Below, in pieces: positions 54,674 through 64,000 of a stretch of 64,000 bases of DNA. Position numbers and translations under genes: made by a program. Every line of letters starts with the position of its first letter. Position 1 is the first letter of the stretch. Source of the stretch: an uncultured Sediminibacterium sp. (GTDB lineage Bacteria; Bacteroidota; Bacteroidia; Chitinophagales; Chitinophagaceae); assembly GCA_964579885.1 (NCBI GenBank), contig CAZOHD010000002.1:243672-307671 (forward strand), given 5' to 3'. Below the pieces are notes generated by a model. It was given only the letters and a program-made list of their open reading frames with translations, was not told the DNA's origin and did not search any database.

Positions 54674-57034
54674 TTAAGATGCCTTTTTCTTTCGAGCAGT
54701 CTTGCGTGGAGGGTTCTTTTTCAATTCTTCGATAATCTCTTTTACTTCCTCAATTGACAACTCTTCAACTTTTTCTTGTTGTTCTTTTGTCAATTTAAAA
54801 TTGCGTAAACCTTGCTTGATATAAGGACCATAAGGGCCACGTAGTAACTGGATTTTCTCTTTTTCAAATACTTTAATGGTACGTTCGTCTTTTGCTTTAC
54901 GCTTTTCTGCAATCATAGGAGTCAATTCCTCAAGGCTTACAGTATAAGGATCCATTTCCTTGTTTAAGGAATAGAACTTCTTGCTATGGGCAGCATAAGG
55001 GCCAAAACGACCAATATTGACTGTTACTTCTTCGTCTTCAAATAAGCCTAGAGTTCTTGGAAGCTTGAATAGTTCCATCGCTTCTTCATAACTAATGGTT
55101 TCGATACTTTGAGAAGCTTTAAGTTTTGCAAATTTTGGCTTTTCTTCTTCATCCTGATGTCCAATTTGTACCATTGGGCCATATCTACCCATTCTCGCGA
55201 TCACTTTCTTGCCACTAATTGGATCAAAACCTAGTTCGCGTTCCCCTTTAGCTCTTTCTGCCGTTTCAAGTGTATGCTCAATAGTTTCGTGGAAAGGTTG
55301 GTAGAAATTCTCCAACATCTTACTCCATTTCAATTTTCCTAAAGCAATCTCATCAAATTCACCTTCAATTTTTGCTGTGAAACCAAAGTCCATTACTTTT
55401 TCAAAATGCAATTTCAAGAAATCGGTTACAACCAAACCTAAGTCGGTAGGGGATAATTTATTTTTTTCTGCACCAGTAATTTCTGAGGCGGTCTCTGTTT
55501 TAATGACATTTTTTGCGTCCAATGAAAGTATTTGATATACTCTTTTAACACCTTCTTTCTCTCTTTTTTCTACATAGTTACGTTTCACAATGGTAGAGAT
55601 AGTAGGTGCATAGGTAGAAGGTCTTCCAATTCCTAATTCTTCTAATTTTTTGACCAAACTTGCTTCAGTATATCTCGAGGTTGGTCGGCTAAATCTTTCA
55701 ACCCCTGTCATACTTATAAAATCAAGCACTTGTCCTTTTGCTAAAGGTGGCAATAGTGCTTCACCATCAGACTCGTCTGTATCTTCTTCTATATCATCGT
55801 CGTCTTTTCCTTCTAAGTATACTTTCAAGAAACCATCAAATTTCATCACTTCACCACTTGCTGTTAAAGTTTCTTTGTTTGTAGAAATTTCAATTTTAGC
55901 AGTTGTTTTTTCAAATTGTGCATCACTCATTTGTGAAGCAATCGTTCTTTTCCAAATTAGTTCATATAAGCGATTTGTATCAGCATCATCTACCTTGCTC
56001 TCATTCATATAAGTAGGGCGGATAGCTTCGTGCGCCTCTTGTGCACTTTCGTTTTTATTCTTGAATTTTCTTGGTTGGTAATACTTGTCGCCAAAGCTTG
56101 ATTTAATTTCTGCTTTGATTGCATCTATAGCCGTTTCACTCAAACTAATGCTATCAGTTCTCATATACGTGATCTTACCACTCTCGTATAATTTTTGTGC
56201 AAGTAGCATTGTTTTACTCACTCCGTATCCCAATTTTCTTGATGCTTCTTGTTGTAAGGTAGAAGTTGTGAAAGGTGCTGATGGCGTGCGTTTCCCGTCT
56301 TTTACTGTAATGTCTTTAACGGTATATTTTGCACCCTTACATTCGTTTAAGAATTTTTCTGCAGCACCAGCAGTCGTTAATTTCTGAGGGCCATCTGCCT
56401 TGAATTTTACTTTCTTTTTATTGATATCCAATGCAGAAAATAATGCAGATACTTTAAATACACTCTCCGGAATAAATTGGTTAATTTCTCTTTCTCTTTC
56501 GGCAATTAAACGAACTGCAACACTTTGAACACGTCCTGCGCTCAAGCTTCTTTGCATGCCAATTTTACGCCATAAAACAGGGCTTAATTCAAAACCTACT
56601 ATTCTATCTAATATTCTTCTTGCTTGTTGTGCATCCACCAAATCCATATTGATTAGACGAGGATTTTCAACTGCTTTTTTTATGGCTGGAGCTGTGATCT
56701 CATGAAAAACAATACGCTTTGTTTTTTTAGGGTCTAAACCTAAAACTTCTGCTAAATGCCAACTAATACTTTCTCCTTCACGGTCCTCATCCGATGCAAG
56801 CCAGACTTCTTTAGCCTTCTTAGTCATAGATTTAAGTTCCTTCACCACTTTCTCTTTTTCACTTGGTACCATATACCTAGGTGCAAAATGGTTTTTCATA
56901 TCTATACCCATATCGTTTTTCTCCAAATCTCTGATATGGCCATAACAGCTTCTTACTTCAAATTCATCGCCCAAAATCTTTTCTATCGTCTTCGCTTTTG
57001 CAGGCGACTCCACAATTAATAAGTTCTTTGACAT
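54674..57034 (-). CDS. topA: DNA topoisomerase I (type IA)
   Basis: LIVESPAKAKTI, ASDEDREGE, SAGRVQS, ITYMRTDS (catalytic Tyr), EAHEAIRPT, C-terminal GRY/FGPY repeats. Confidence 0.98.
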   Translation of the reverse strand: MSKNLLIVESPAKAKTIEKILGDEFEVRSCYGHIRDLEKNDMGIDMKNHFAPRYMVPSEKEKVVKELKSMTKKAKEVWLASDEDREGESISWHLAEVLGLDPKKTKRIVFHEITAPAIKKAVENPRLINMDLVDAQQARRILDRIVGFELSPVLWRKIGMQRSLSAGRVQSVAVRLIAEREREINQFIPESVFKVSALFSALDINKKKVKFKADGPQKLTTAGAAEKFLNECKGAKYTVKDITVKDGKRTPSAPFTTSTLQQEASRKLGYGVSKTMLLAQKLYESGKITYMRTDSISLSETAIDAIKAEIKSSFGDKYYQPRKFKNKNESAQEAHEAIRPTYMNESKVDDADTNRLYELIWKRTIASQMSDAQFEKTTAKIEISTNKETLTASGEVMKFDGFLKVYLEGKDDDDIEEDTDESDGEALLPPLAKGQVLDFISMTGVERFSRPTSRYTEASLVKKLEELGIGRPSTYAPTISTIVKRNYVEKREKEGVKRVYQILSLDAKNVIKTETASEITGAEKNKLSPTDLGLVVTDFLKLHFEKVMDFGFTAKIEGEFDEIALGKLKWSKMLENFYQPFHETIEHTLETAERAKGERELGFDPISGKKVIARMGRYGPMVQIGHQDEEEKPKFAKLKASQSIETISYEEAMELFKLPRTLGLFEDEEVTVNIGRFGPYAAHSKKFYSLNKEMDPYTVSLEELTPMIAEKRKAKDERTIKVFEKEKIQLLRGPYGPYIKQGLRNFKLTKEQQEKVEELSIEEVKEIIEELKKNPPRKTARKKKAS

Positions 57035-57171
57035 AGCTCAAACCGCTCCTTCGGGTTATTTATATATTGAAAATCAACTATTTATACGCTAAGGTAAAGC
57101 AAATTCAAGTGAAAAAATCAGCTTTATCCTTGCTGCAATATTATAGCTTTCGGATAAAAAATAAAAATGAT

Positions 57172-58047
57172 CTACTTAATTGGAGTCAAAAATGCCATTA
57201 TTTGATCCAATACTTCGGCTGTTTTATAGACTTTATTATGACCTAATCCATTGGTAATCAGAAACTCTACATTGTTTGGTGCGTTCTTTTGAAATTCTTC
57301 CAAATCTTTATAAGGGCAAACCAAATCTTCCTGATCGTGAACCCAAAGTAGTGGCCCCTTATAATTGGCTAAGGCGCGATCAGACGCAAAATATTCAACT
57401 TTATGCGATGTAAGACTAAGCACTTGATTGATAAAAGCGTCTTTGGTAACTTGGTTAAAATGCATCATTTTAAAAAAGTTATCAAATGTTGTCGTTGTTT
57501 TAGTGGCTGGAGCGATTAAAACGAATTTTCTTTCATTTGGCCGATCAATTTGTTCAGCTATCATGGATAAAGTAAGTGCACCTAAAGAATGGCCAATAAA
57601 ATGATTTACTGGGCCACATTGTTGCATTATTTGTTCAATAGCCTCTTGGTAAACGACTACATTAATATGCTTTCCTTCGCTTTGGCCATGTCCAGGTGCA
57701 TCAAAGGCTAGTACTCGATAACCCATTTTTAACAATGGTGTAATATAATGCTCAAATTTATAAGCGAAACTTGCATATCCATGCGCAATAAGGACAGTTT
57801 GACCATTTGGTGAATTAGACTGCCATTCGAATCCTTTGATCTTGGTTTTGTCCTTCATAACCACAGTCAAGTTCCTTGCATGGTTAAATATTGCAGGTGC
57901 TTTTCTTTTTTTATATTTAGGATAGGGGGTACAGAATAAGTCAAAAGCCATTCTGCCAGCAGTTGCGGGAGCAAGTTTACTTAAGGTTTTGAATTTCGTC
58001 CTTAAATATTGCAGGTAAATTCTTTCAGAAAAGCCAACTGTAGCCAT
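57172..58047 (-). CDS. Alpha/beta fold hydrolase
   Basis: HGYAS, FDAPGHGQS, GHSLG nucleophile elbow, HD..D, GLGH; ATG 58047 preferred (-7 box TATCTTTG at 58073-58066). Confidence 0.88.
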   Translation of the reverse strand: MATVGFSERIYLQYLRTKFKTLSKLAPATAGRMAFDLFCTPYPKYKKRKAPAIFNHARNLTVVMKDKTKIKGFEWQSNSPNGQTVLIAHGYASFAYKFEHYITPLLKMGYRVLAFDAPGHGQSEGKHINVVVYQEAIEQIMQQCGPVNHFIGHSLGALTLSMIAEQIDRPNERKFVLIAPATKTTTTFDNFFKMMHFNQVTKDAFINQVLSLTSHKVEYFASDRALANYKGPLLWVHDQEDLVCPYKDLEEFQKNAPNNVEFLITNGLGHNKVYKTAEVLDQIMAFLTPIK

Positions 58048-58187
58048 AGGAATACGATTAGGACGCAAAGATAGTCCTAGACAACTGCTCCTAGTCATTT
58101 TTTTTGTATTTCGACAAATAAAAGGAGCCTTGCGCTTTCCCTATTGCTCGTTTAAAGCTATTTTTGCAAAAACAGTAACGAGCATTT

Positions 58188-58523
58188 ATGTATTCATTAA
58201 AAATCAATTTCGAGCAAAAAGGACTAGAGTCGGTAACTTTAGAAAATGTTGCTGCAGACCAGAGTTTATTAGAAGTCATTTTAGATGCAGGTATTGAATT
58301 GCACCATAATTGCGGTGCGGTTTGTGCATGTAGCACATGTCATTTATATGTGAAAAAGGGCATGGAACATTTGGCAGAGTTATCAGATAAAGAAGAAGAT
58401 TTTATAGATAGAGCAGTAAGCCCAAGAATTGAGTCAAGATTAGGTTGTCAATGTGAATTGAAAGCAGGATCTGGCGAAATTGAAGTTGTATTGCCTGATC
58501 AGACACAATTTTTAGGAGAATAA
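58188..58523 (+). CDS. fdx: [2Fe-2S] ferredoxin, ISC (Fdx/adrenodoxin) type
   Basis: HNCGAVCACSTCH, SRLGCQ; -7 box TATTTTTG at 58159-58166. Confidence 0.9.
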   Translation: MYSLKINFEQKGLESVTLENVAADQSLLEVILDAGIELHHNCGAVCACSTCHLYVKKGMEHLAELSDKEEDFIDRAVSPRIESRLGCQCELKAGSGEIEVVLPDQTQFLGE

Positions 58524-58544
58524 TTTAAAAGATATAATAATAGT

Positions 58545-58787
58545 ATGAACCAATTTGAGCCACCAATCCATTGGAATGACCACGAAGACATTGCCCAAAA
58601 ATTATATGAAAAATTCGGGGATGACTTCACTGAATCCAAAATATATAGAGTTCGTTTCACAGATCTTTTAGAATGGGTTTTGACCTTGCCTCATTTTGAA
58701 GGCAAAAAAGAAGAGTCAAATGAAGGGCATTTGGAGATGATCCAAAGTGCTTGGGTATACGAATGGCGCGATAACCAAAAAAAATAA
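58545..58787 (+). CDS. iscX: Fe-S cluster assembly protein IscX
   Basis: W.D.EDIA..L, RFTDL.EWVL.L..F, N...LE.IQ.AW..E. Confidence 0.9.
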   Translation: MNQFEPPIHWNDHEDIAQKLYEKFGDDFTESKIYRVRFTDLLEWVLTLPHFEGKKEESNEGHLEMIQSAWVYEWRDNQKK

Positions 58788-58792
58788 AACCT

Positions 58793-59308
58793 TTGTTAAC
58801 AGCCTTAGAAAAAATAAAATGTTTTGCATTTGATGTAGATGGCGTTTTAACCAACGGCAGTTTGATTGTCATGCCTGATGGTTTAATGGTACGATCAATG
58901 AATATCAAAGACGGCTATGCAATTCAGTTAGCAATTAAAAAAGGGTATAAGGTTTGGATTATTTCAGGCGGACATTCTGCCGAAGTAAAAGACAGGTTAG
59001 AAAAGCTAGGTGTTGAAGAGGTTCATATGAAAGTAAAGGACAAGAAAGAATTATTAGAAAAACTTTCCTTGACCGAAAATATTCCACTCGAAGAAATTTT
59101 ATACATGGGCGATGACATGCCAGATTACGAAGCAATGCAAGTGGTTGGCATTGCAGCATGCCCTACAGATGCCTGTTTTGATATAAAGCAAATTGCTAGC
59201 TACAAGGCAGTTGCAAAGGGTGGAGAAGGCTGTGCTAGAGAAGTGATTGAAAAAGTACTTAAATTAAATGGCCATTGGGATACTGTGGACCAAATTCAAG
59301 CTAAATAA
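58793..59308 (+). CDS. kdsC: KdsC-family HAD phosphatase (KDO 8-P/KDN 9-P type)
   Basis: FDVDGVLT, KDGYAI, IISG, YMGDD.PD, GG.G..REVIE. Confidence 0.82.
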   Translation: MLTALEKIKCFAFDVDGVLTNGSLIVMPDGLMVRSMNIKDGYAIQLAIKKGYKVWIISGGHSAEVKDRLEKLGVEEVHMKVKDKKELLEKLSLTENIPLEEILYMGDDMPDYEAMQVVGIAACPTDACFDIKQIASYKAVAKGGEGCAREVIEKVLKLNGHWDTVDQIQAK

Positions 59309-59314
59309 TCTAGC

Positions 59315-60250
59315 GTGAAAAGCCTATTACATTTTTTTAGATTAGTAAGATGGCCCAACTTGCTTTTTATTTTATTAGCAGAATCCCTTTTTCATTTTTG
59401 TATTTATAAGCCGCTCTATTCAAATATTGAATTGACGGTTGATTACACATTCTATTTTATTGTTGTTACAAGTATTTGTATTGCTGCGGCTGGATATATT
59501 ATCAACGATTATTTTGACGTAAATATTGACCAGGTAAATAAACCTGAATCGGTTGTTGTTGGCTCCTATATAAGTAGACGTTGGGTAATCTTTTGGCATT
59601 TAGTTTTAAGCATTGGTGGCATCTACGCTTCTCTTATCGTATTTCCTTTTCAGCAATACCTGCACATTCATTTTTCGAATTTAGCAACCATATTCATTTT
59701 ATGGTTTTATTCTACCAATTTTAAAAGAGATTTCTTAGTAGGAAATGTTGTAATTGCTGTATTAACAGCATGGACTATCGGGGTGGTATATTTTTCTAAA
59801 TTCACTTTACTACAATTGCTACATCCAACACAAATGCGTCCAACGGATTTAAGATTTTTAAAATTAATGTTACTCTATAGCAGTTTTGCATTTATACTTA
59901 CCTTAATTAGAGAGGCTTTAAAAGATATGGAAGACATGGGTGGGGATGAAAAATTTGGCTGTAAAACAATGCCTATTGCTTGGGGATTGCAAACAACAAA
60001 AGTATATGTAGCGGTTTGGTTAATGGTGCTTATTCTTGTACTTACAATTATTCAATTGTATGCTATCCCTTTTGGATGGTGGATACCAATTGCATATGCA
60101 GTACTTACAATCATTGCGCCCTTGGTATATGTTTTATTTCATTTAAAACAAGCTTATTCAAAAGCTGATTTTAATCGCTTGAGTAATTTAATTAAACTTG
60201 CGATGCTAATGGGCATTTTATCAATGGGCTTCTTTTATTTTGTGCTTTAA
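59315..60250 (+). CDS. UbiA-family prenyltransferase, DGGGP-synthase-like
   Basis: GYIINDYFDVNIDQVNKP and REALKDMEDMGGD Asp-rich motifs; multiple TMs; GTG start. Confidence 0.85.
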   Translation: MKSLLHFFRLVRWPNLLFILLAESLFHFCIYKPLYSNIELTVDYTFYFIVVTSICIAAAGYIINDYFDVNIDQVNKPESVVVGSYISRRWVIFWHLVLSIGGIYASLIVFPFQQYLHIHFSNLATIFILWFYSTNFKRDFLVGNVVIAVLTAWTIGVVYFSKFTLLQLLHPTQMRPTDLRFLKLMLLYSSFAFILTLIREALKDMEDMGGDEKFGCKTMPIAWGLQTTKVYVAVWLMVLILVLTIIQLYAIPFGWWIPIAYAVLTIIAPLVYVLFHLKQAYSKADFNRLSNLIKLAMLMGILSMGFFYFVL

Positions 60251-60261
60251 TATTTGAAACT

Positions 60262-60843
60262 ATGAGTGCGTATATTTTAGCATCACAATCCCCAAGAAGG
60301 AAACAATTATTAGCATGGGCAGATCTGCAATTTGATGTAATCGTTTCTGAAGCACCAGAAGATTTTCCTTTAGAAATGCAGGTCGGACAAGTGCCTGTTC
60401 ATATAGCTAAGAGCAAGGCATTAGCAGTTCAAGAAAAAATCAATAAGGAGTACCCCCAACACAAAGGAAAATGGATTATTGCTGCAGATACGATTGTGGT
60501 ATTAGAGGATGAAATTATTGGAAAGCCAATTGATAGAGCAGATGCAATTTCAATCTTAAAGAAATTGTCAGGGAAAACACATCGTGTAATTACAGGCGTG
60601 TTTTTAATCAATGGAGACCAAGTACGTTCATTTCATGAAACTACATTCGTTCATTTTCATCCTTTAACCGAAGATCAAATTAGCTATTATATTGACCAGT
60701 ATAAGCCATATGACAAAGCAGGTGCCTATGGTATACAAGACTGGATTGGAGTGGTAGGAATTAAGGGAATCGAGGGCGACTTCTACAATGTGATGGGTTT
60801 GCCAGTAAGTAAGTTATTAAGCTATCTTCCTACAACCATTTAA
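60262..60843 (+). CDS. maf: Maf family nucleotide pyrophosphatase
   Basis: ILASQSPRRKQLL, AADTIV, GKP, LSGKTH.V.TG, DKAGAYGIQ, NVMGLP. Confidence 0.94.
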   Translation: MSAYILASQSPRRKQLLAWADLQFDVIVSEAPEDFPLEMQVGQVPVHIAKSKALAVQEKINKEYPQHKGKWIIAADTIVVLEDEIIGKPIDRADAISILKKLSGKTHRVITGVFLINGDQVRSFHETTFVHFHPLTEDQISYYIDQYKPYDKAGAYGIQDWIGVVGIKGIEGDFYNVMGLPVSKLLSYLPTTI

Positions 60844-61234
60844 AGCTAATATCCAATTCCATATCTGGGTGTAAACTTCTTTCAACAGGGCAGGTTCTTC
60901 CAACTCTTTCAAGAATTTCTATTGTTTTCTCATCTAGGTTTAAAGCAGGCATTGTTACTGCGATCACAATTTTACCAATTCTTCTTGGCTCACTCATCAT
61001 CACTTTAGTTACTTCTACTTTAGCACCGTCTAACTTAATATCCATTGACTCGGCCTTAATACCCATTGTAGTTATCAAACAAGCGCCTAATCCAGTTGCA
61101 ATTAAATCTGTAGGTGAAAATCGAGCACCTTGACCTTTATTGTCTGAAGGCGCATCTGTTTCAAAACTAGAGCCGCTTTGAAGATGTAAACAGGTGGTTC
61201 TTAAATTAGCGTCATAGGTTACTGTAGCTGTCAT
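60830..61234 (-). CDS. OsmC family protein
   Basis: TDAP.DN.G.G..FSPTDL....G.C, second Cys in TCPV. Confidence 0.9.
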   Translation of the reverse strand: MTATVTYDANLRTTCLHLQSGSSFETDAPSDNKGQGARFSPTDLIATGLGACLITTMGIKAESMDIKLDGAKVEVTKVMMSEPRRIGKIVIAVTMPALNLDEKTIEILERVGRTCPVERSLHPDMELDISFKWL

Positions 61235-61332
61235 ATCCTTAGATTTAATTGATTTGTGATTTTGGTAAATTTACAACGAAAGGCTTAATTTAAGCACAAG
61301 TCTTGTATTTTTGCAACTGATAACAGAAAAGC

Positions 61333-62253
61333 ATGCAAGAATTACCAATAGTACCAGCAGAACAACATACAAAAAAGCCCAATTGGTTAAGAGTTAAATT
61401 GCCAATTGGAGAAAGCTATAAACATGTTAGAGGCTTGGTAGATAAACATAAATTACACACGATTTGCGAGAGTGGAAACTGCCCAAATATGGGTGAATGT
61501 TGGGGTGAGGGTACAGCTACATTTATGATCCTTGGCAATATCTGTACTAGAAGCTGTCAATTTTGCGCGGTTGCTACAGGTAGACCTAAACCAGTTGAGT
61601 GGGATGAACCACAACGTGTAGCAGAAGCAATTTATTTAATGAAAGTAAAGCACGCTGTTTTAACAAGTGTCGATAGAGATGAATTACCTGATGGAGGATC
61701 CATTATTTGGTCAAATACAATTAAAGCCATTAAGGCCTTAACACCAGATACCACTTTAGAAACATTGATTCCAGATTTTAGGGGCATCAAAGAGCAAATA
61801 GAAAGAATCATTGAGGCGGCACCAGAAGTTGTGAGTCACAATATGGAGACAGTAGAGCGAAACACAAAGCGTGTGCGTGTGCAAGCAAAGTATAGAAGAA
61901 GTTTAGAGGTATTAGAGACTTTAAAGAAAGGTGGCATGCGCACAAAGACAGGCATTATGTTGGGCATTGGAGAAGAAAAAGAAGAAGTGATACAAACTAT
62001 GAAAGATCTTATTGGTGTTGGATGTGATGTACTTACCATCGGTCAATATTTACAACCCACAAAAAAGCATTTACCTGTTCAAAGATTTGTTCACCCAGAT
62101 GAGTTCGCTGAATTAAGAGCAATTGGCTATGAACTTGGTTTTGATTATGTGGAAAGTGGGCCATTGGTTAGATCGTCTTATCATTCAGAAAAGCACGTGA
62201 TACAGGGATGGGGTAGAAATAAGTGGATGGAAGAGCAAGCACTTTTAAAATAG
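61333..62253 (+). CDS. lipA: Lipoyl synthase
   Basis: [20 protein letters not shown] radical-SAM motif, SGPLVRSSY; -7 box TATTTTTG at 61306-61313. Confidence 0.98.
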   Translation: MQELPIVPAEQHTKKPNWLRVKLPIGESYKHVRGLVDKHKLHTICESGNCPNMGECWGEGTATFMILGNICTRSCQFCAVATGRPKPVEWDEPQRVAEAIYLMKVKHAVLTSVDRDELPDGGSIIWSNTIKAIKALTPDTTLETLIPDFRGIKEQIERIIEAAPEVVSHNMETVERNTKRVRVQAKYRRSLEVLETLKKGGMRTKTGIMLGIGEEKEEVIQTMKDLIGVGCDVLTIGQYLQPTKKHLPVQRFVHPDEFAELRAIGYELGFDYVESGPLVRSSYHSEKHVIQGWGRNKWMEEQALLK

Positions 62254-62265
62254 TTAAGCAACATC

Positions 62266-62306
62266 ATAATAAAAAAGGCCGCACATTGTGTGGCCTTTTT
62301 TATTAT
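62266..62306. terminator. Bidirectional terminator
   Basis: ATAATAAAAAAGGCCGCAC-ATT-GTGTGGCCTTTTTTATTAT. Confidence 0.9.
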
Positions 62307-62321
62307 TTCTAATTAAATATT

Positions 62322-63272
62322 CTATTCCCACATAAGGGCGGATGCTCCAAGTATTGCAGCATCTGATTCTTTCAAATGACTGATTAATATCTTCACTTTA
62401 TTTTGGAATATCTCAATCAAATTCGCTTCCATATGTTCTCTAGTTGGTTTCAAAATCATGTCTCCAGCTTTTGTTAAACCACCAAATAATATGATTGCTT
62501 CTGGACTTGAGAACATGATGAAGTTAGCCAAAGACATCCCTAATATTTTTCCAGTAAATTCAAAAACCTCTAAAGCAACTTCATCTCCTTTTACTGCAGC
62601 TTCGTAAACATCTTTCGAACTGATACTTTCAAGCTCTAAAGCTCTTAAAGTACTTGGACGATCTGATTGTGTTAGAATTTCTTTGGCAGATTGTGCAACA
62701 CCAGTTGCAGATGCATAGCTTTCTAATGAACCTTTTTTGCCTGTACCTAAATGTAGTCTTCCATCAGGAATGATAATGGTATGTCCTAATTCTCCAGCAA
62801 AGCCATCGTGGCCATAAATTAATTGACCACCTGCAACAATACCGCTTCCAACTCCTGTGCCCAAAGTGATCATGATAAAATCCTTCATTCCTTTTGCAGC
62901 ACCATACATCATTTCACCTACTGCAGCCGCATTGGCATCGTTGGTTAATTTAACTGGAATCTTGAATTTATCCTGTACCATTTTTGCAAAAGGAATAATG
63001 CCTTTCCAGGGAAGATTAGGCGCATATTCAATCGTGCCTGTATAGATGTTGCCATTGGGAGCTCCAATACCAATACCTTTGATACGTCCAAAACCTCCTA
63101 CCTTCTCAATCATCTCAGATAAATGTTCATGTAACTCATCGATGAATGTGTGCACTTGAAGATGTTTTTTTGTTGACATCTCACTTGAGAATAAAACATT
63201 CCCATCTTTATCTACGATGCCAAATTTAGTCCCTGTACCACCTATATCGACACCTACTACATATGATTCCAT
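62322..63272 (-). CDS. ROK family sugar kinase (glucokinase-like)
   Basis: GVDIGGT, NDANAAA.GE, LGTGVG.G, GELGH. Confidence 0.92.
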   Translation of the reverse strand: MESYVVGVDIGGTGTKFGIVDKDGNVLFSSEMSTKKHLQVHTFIDELHEHLSEMIEKVGGFGRIKGIGIGAPNGNIYTGTIEYAPNLPWKGIIPFAKMVQDKFKIPVKLTNDANAAAVGEMMYGAAKGMKDFIMITLGTGVGSGIVAGGQLIYGHDGFAGELGHTIIIPDGRLHLGTGKKGSLESYASATGVAQSAKEILTQSDRPSTLRALELESISSKDVYEAAVKGDEVALEVFEFTGKILGMSLANFIMFSSPEAIILFGGLTKAGDMILKPTREHMEANLIEIFQNKVKILISHLKESDAAILGASALMWE

Positions 63273-63291
63273 AATAAATTAAGTTTTTATT

Positions 63292-64000
63292 TTAGTGACC
63301 TCCACTTGTTTCAGCCTCTTCATAATTAATCCCTTGTTTCTTCAATATGCCTTTCACAGCAATTGCAAAAAATACTAGATAAGCAAAACAGATTGCAGGT
63401 ACCCAGAAAGAATTATGAATACCAAATCCTGGTTGATCTAAATGGGACGATTGTAAATAATCTGCAATCTTTCCTTGAATAGGAGGAATAATACCACCCC
63501 CTAAAATCATCATGATTAAAAAAGCAGAACCTTGTGGCGTATATTTCCCTAAGCCAGCAACAGATAAAGAGAAGATAGAAGGCCACATGATTGAACAAGC
63601 CAATCCACCTGTTAAAAATGCATAAGTTGCTACAGTGCCTTTTGTAAAAATTCCTAAAACCATTGCAATAACACCCACTAAACTAAAAATCAATAAAGTT
63701 TTAGCTGGCTTGTTTTGACTTAGGTAGAAAGCGATGATTTGTATGAATACACAAATGATATACCAATATAAAGGGCTCATGTCATACTGGGCAATGCTAT
63801 TCAAGGCAATCACAATTCCGAATGCGATGATTGGAACAATAAATGTTAAATATTGCTGTGTTTTCTTTTTAAAGTCAAATGCAGTGATAGCGCCAGCCCA
63901 ACGTCCAATCATCATACTACCCCAATACATAGATACATAAGGAGCAATAGCTGAAGAGGATATACTACCAAAATCTGCTTGCTTTAATAACTCACCTAAG
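63292..64000 (-). CDS. MFS sugar transporter (glucose/galactose GluP/FucP type), 5' end outside the window
   Basis: Frame stays open to the window edge (LGELLKQADFG...SMYWGSMMIGRW), SIMWPSIF.L, GSAFLIMMILGG. Confidence 0.88.
   Translation of the reverse strand, partial: LGELLKQADFGSISSSAIAPYVSMYWGSMMIGRWAGAITAFDFKKKTQQYLTFIVPIIAFGIVIALNSIAQYDMSPLYWYIICVFIQIIAFYLSQNKPAKTLLIFSLVGVIAMVLGIFTKGTVATYAFLTGGLACSIMWPSIFSLSVAGLGKYTPQGSAFLIMMILGGGIIPPIQGKIADYLQSSHLDQPGFGIHNSFWVPAICFAYLVFFAIAVKGILKKQGINYEEAETSGGH

Overview
Gene-dense, AT-rich core chromosome segment of a Bacteroidota bacterium. Evidence: TAnnTTTG -7 promoter boxes, T9SS-associated PorQ- and SprE/PorW-like genes, DUF4270 and stand-alone TonB-dependent receptors. 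Protein styles suggest a compact-genome Chitinophagaceae/Sediminibacterium-like organism (inference). It holds about 60 CDS, mostly housekeeping (ddl, era, der, lon, degP, sucC, metK, rlmB, trhO, purC, pdhB, lepB, cdd, ogt, topA, iscX, lipA), three tRNAs (Gly-GCC, Leu-TAA, initiator Met-CAT), a TPP riboswitch on a TonB-dependent receptor and many intrinsic terminators. I see no integrase, transposase, CRISPR array, prophage or defence island, and no large novel multi-gene system I can support. The best leads are small: (1) a 57-aa lipoprotein missed by the ORF track in which every Asp sits in a Bacteroidota O-glycosylation sequon; (2) sigma54-type -24/-12 boxes upstream of both proteases lon and degP; (3) a catalytically degenerate half glycogen synthase paired with a DUF4270 lipoprotein; (4) a four-hairpin array with a duplicated ~40-bp unit whose linker recurs 27 kb away; (5) orphan atpZ/atpI-like genes and a catalytic-domain-less M23 N-terminus next to sprE; (6) three apparently leaderless genes. 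All family assignments come from motif recognition, not database searches.
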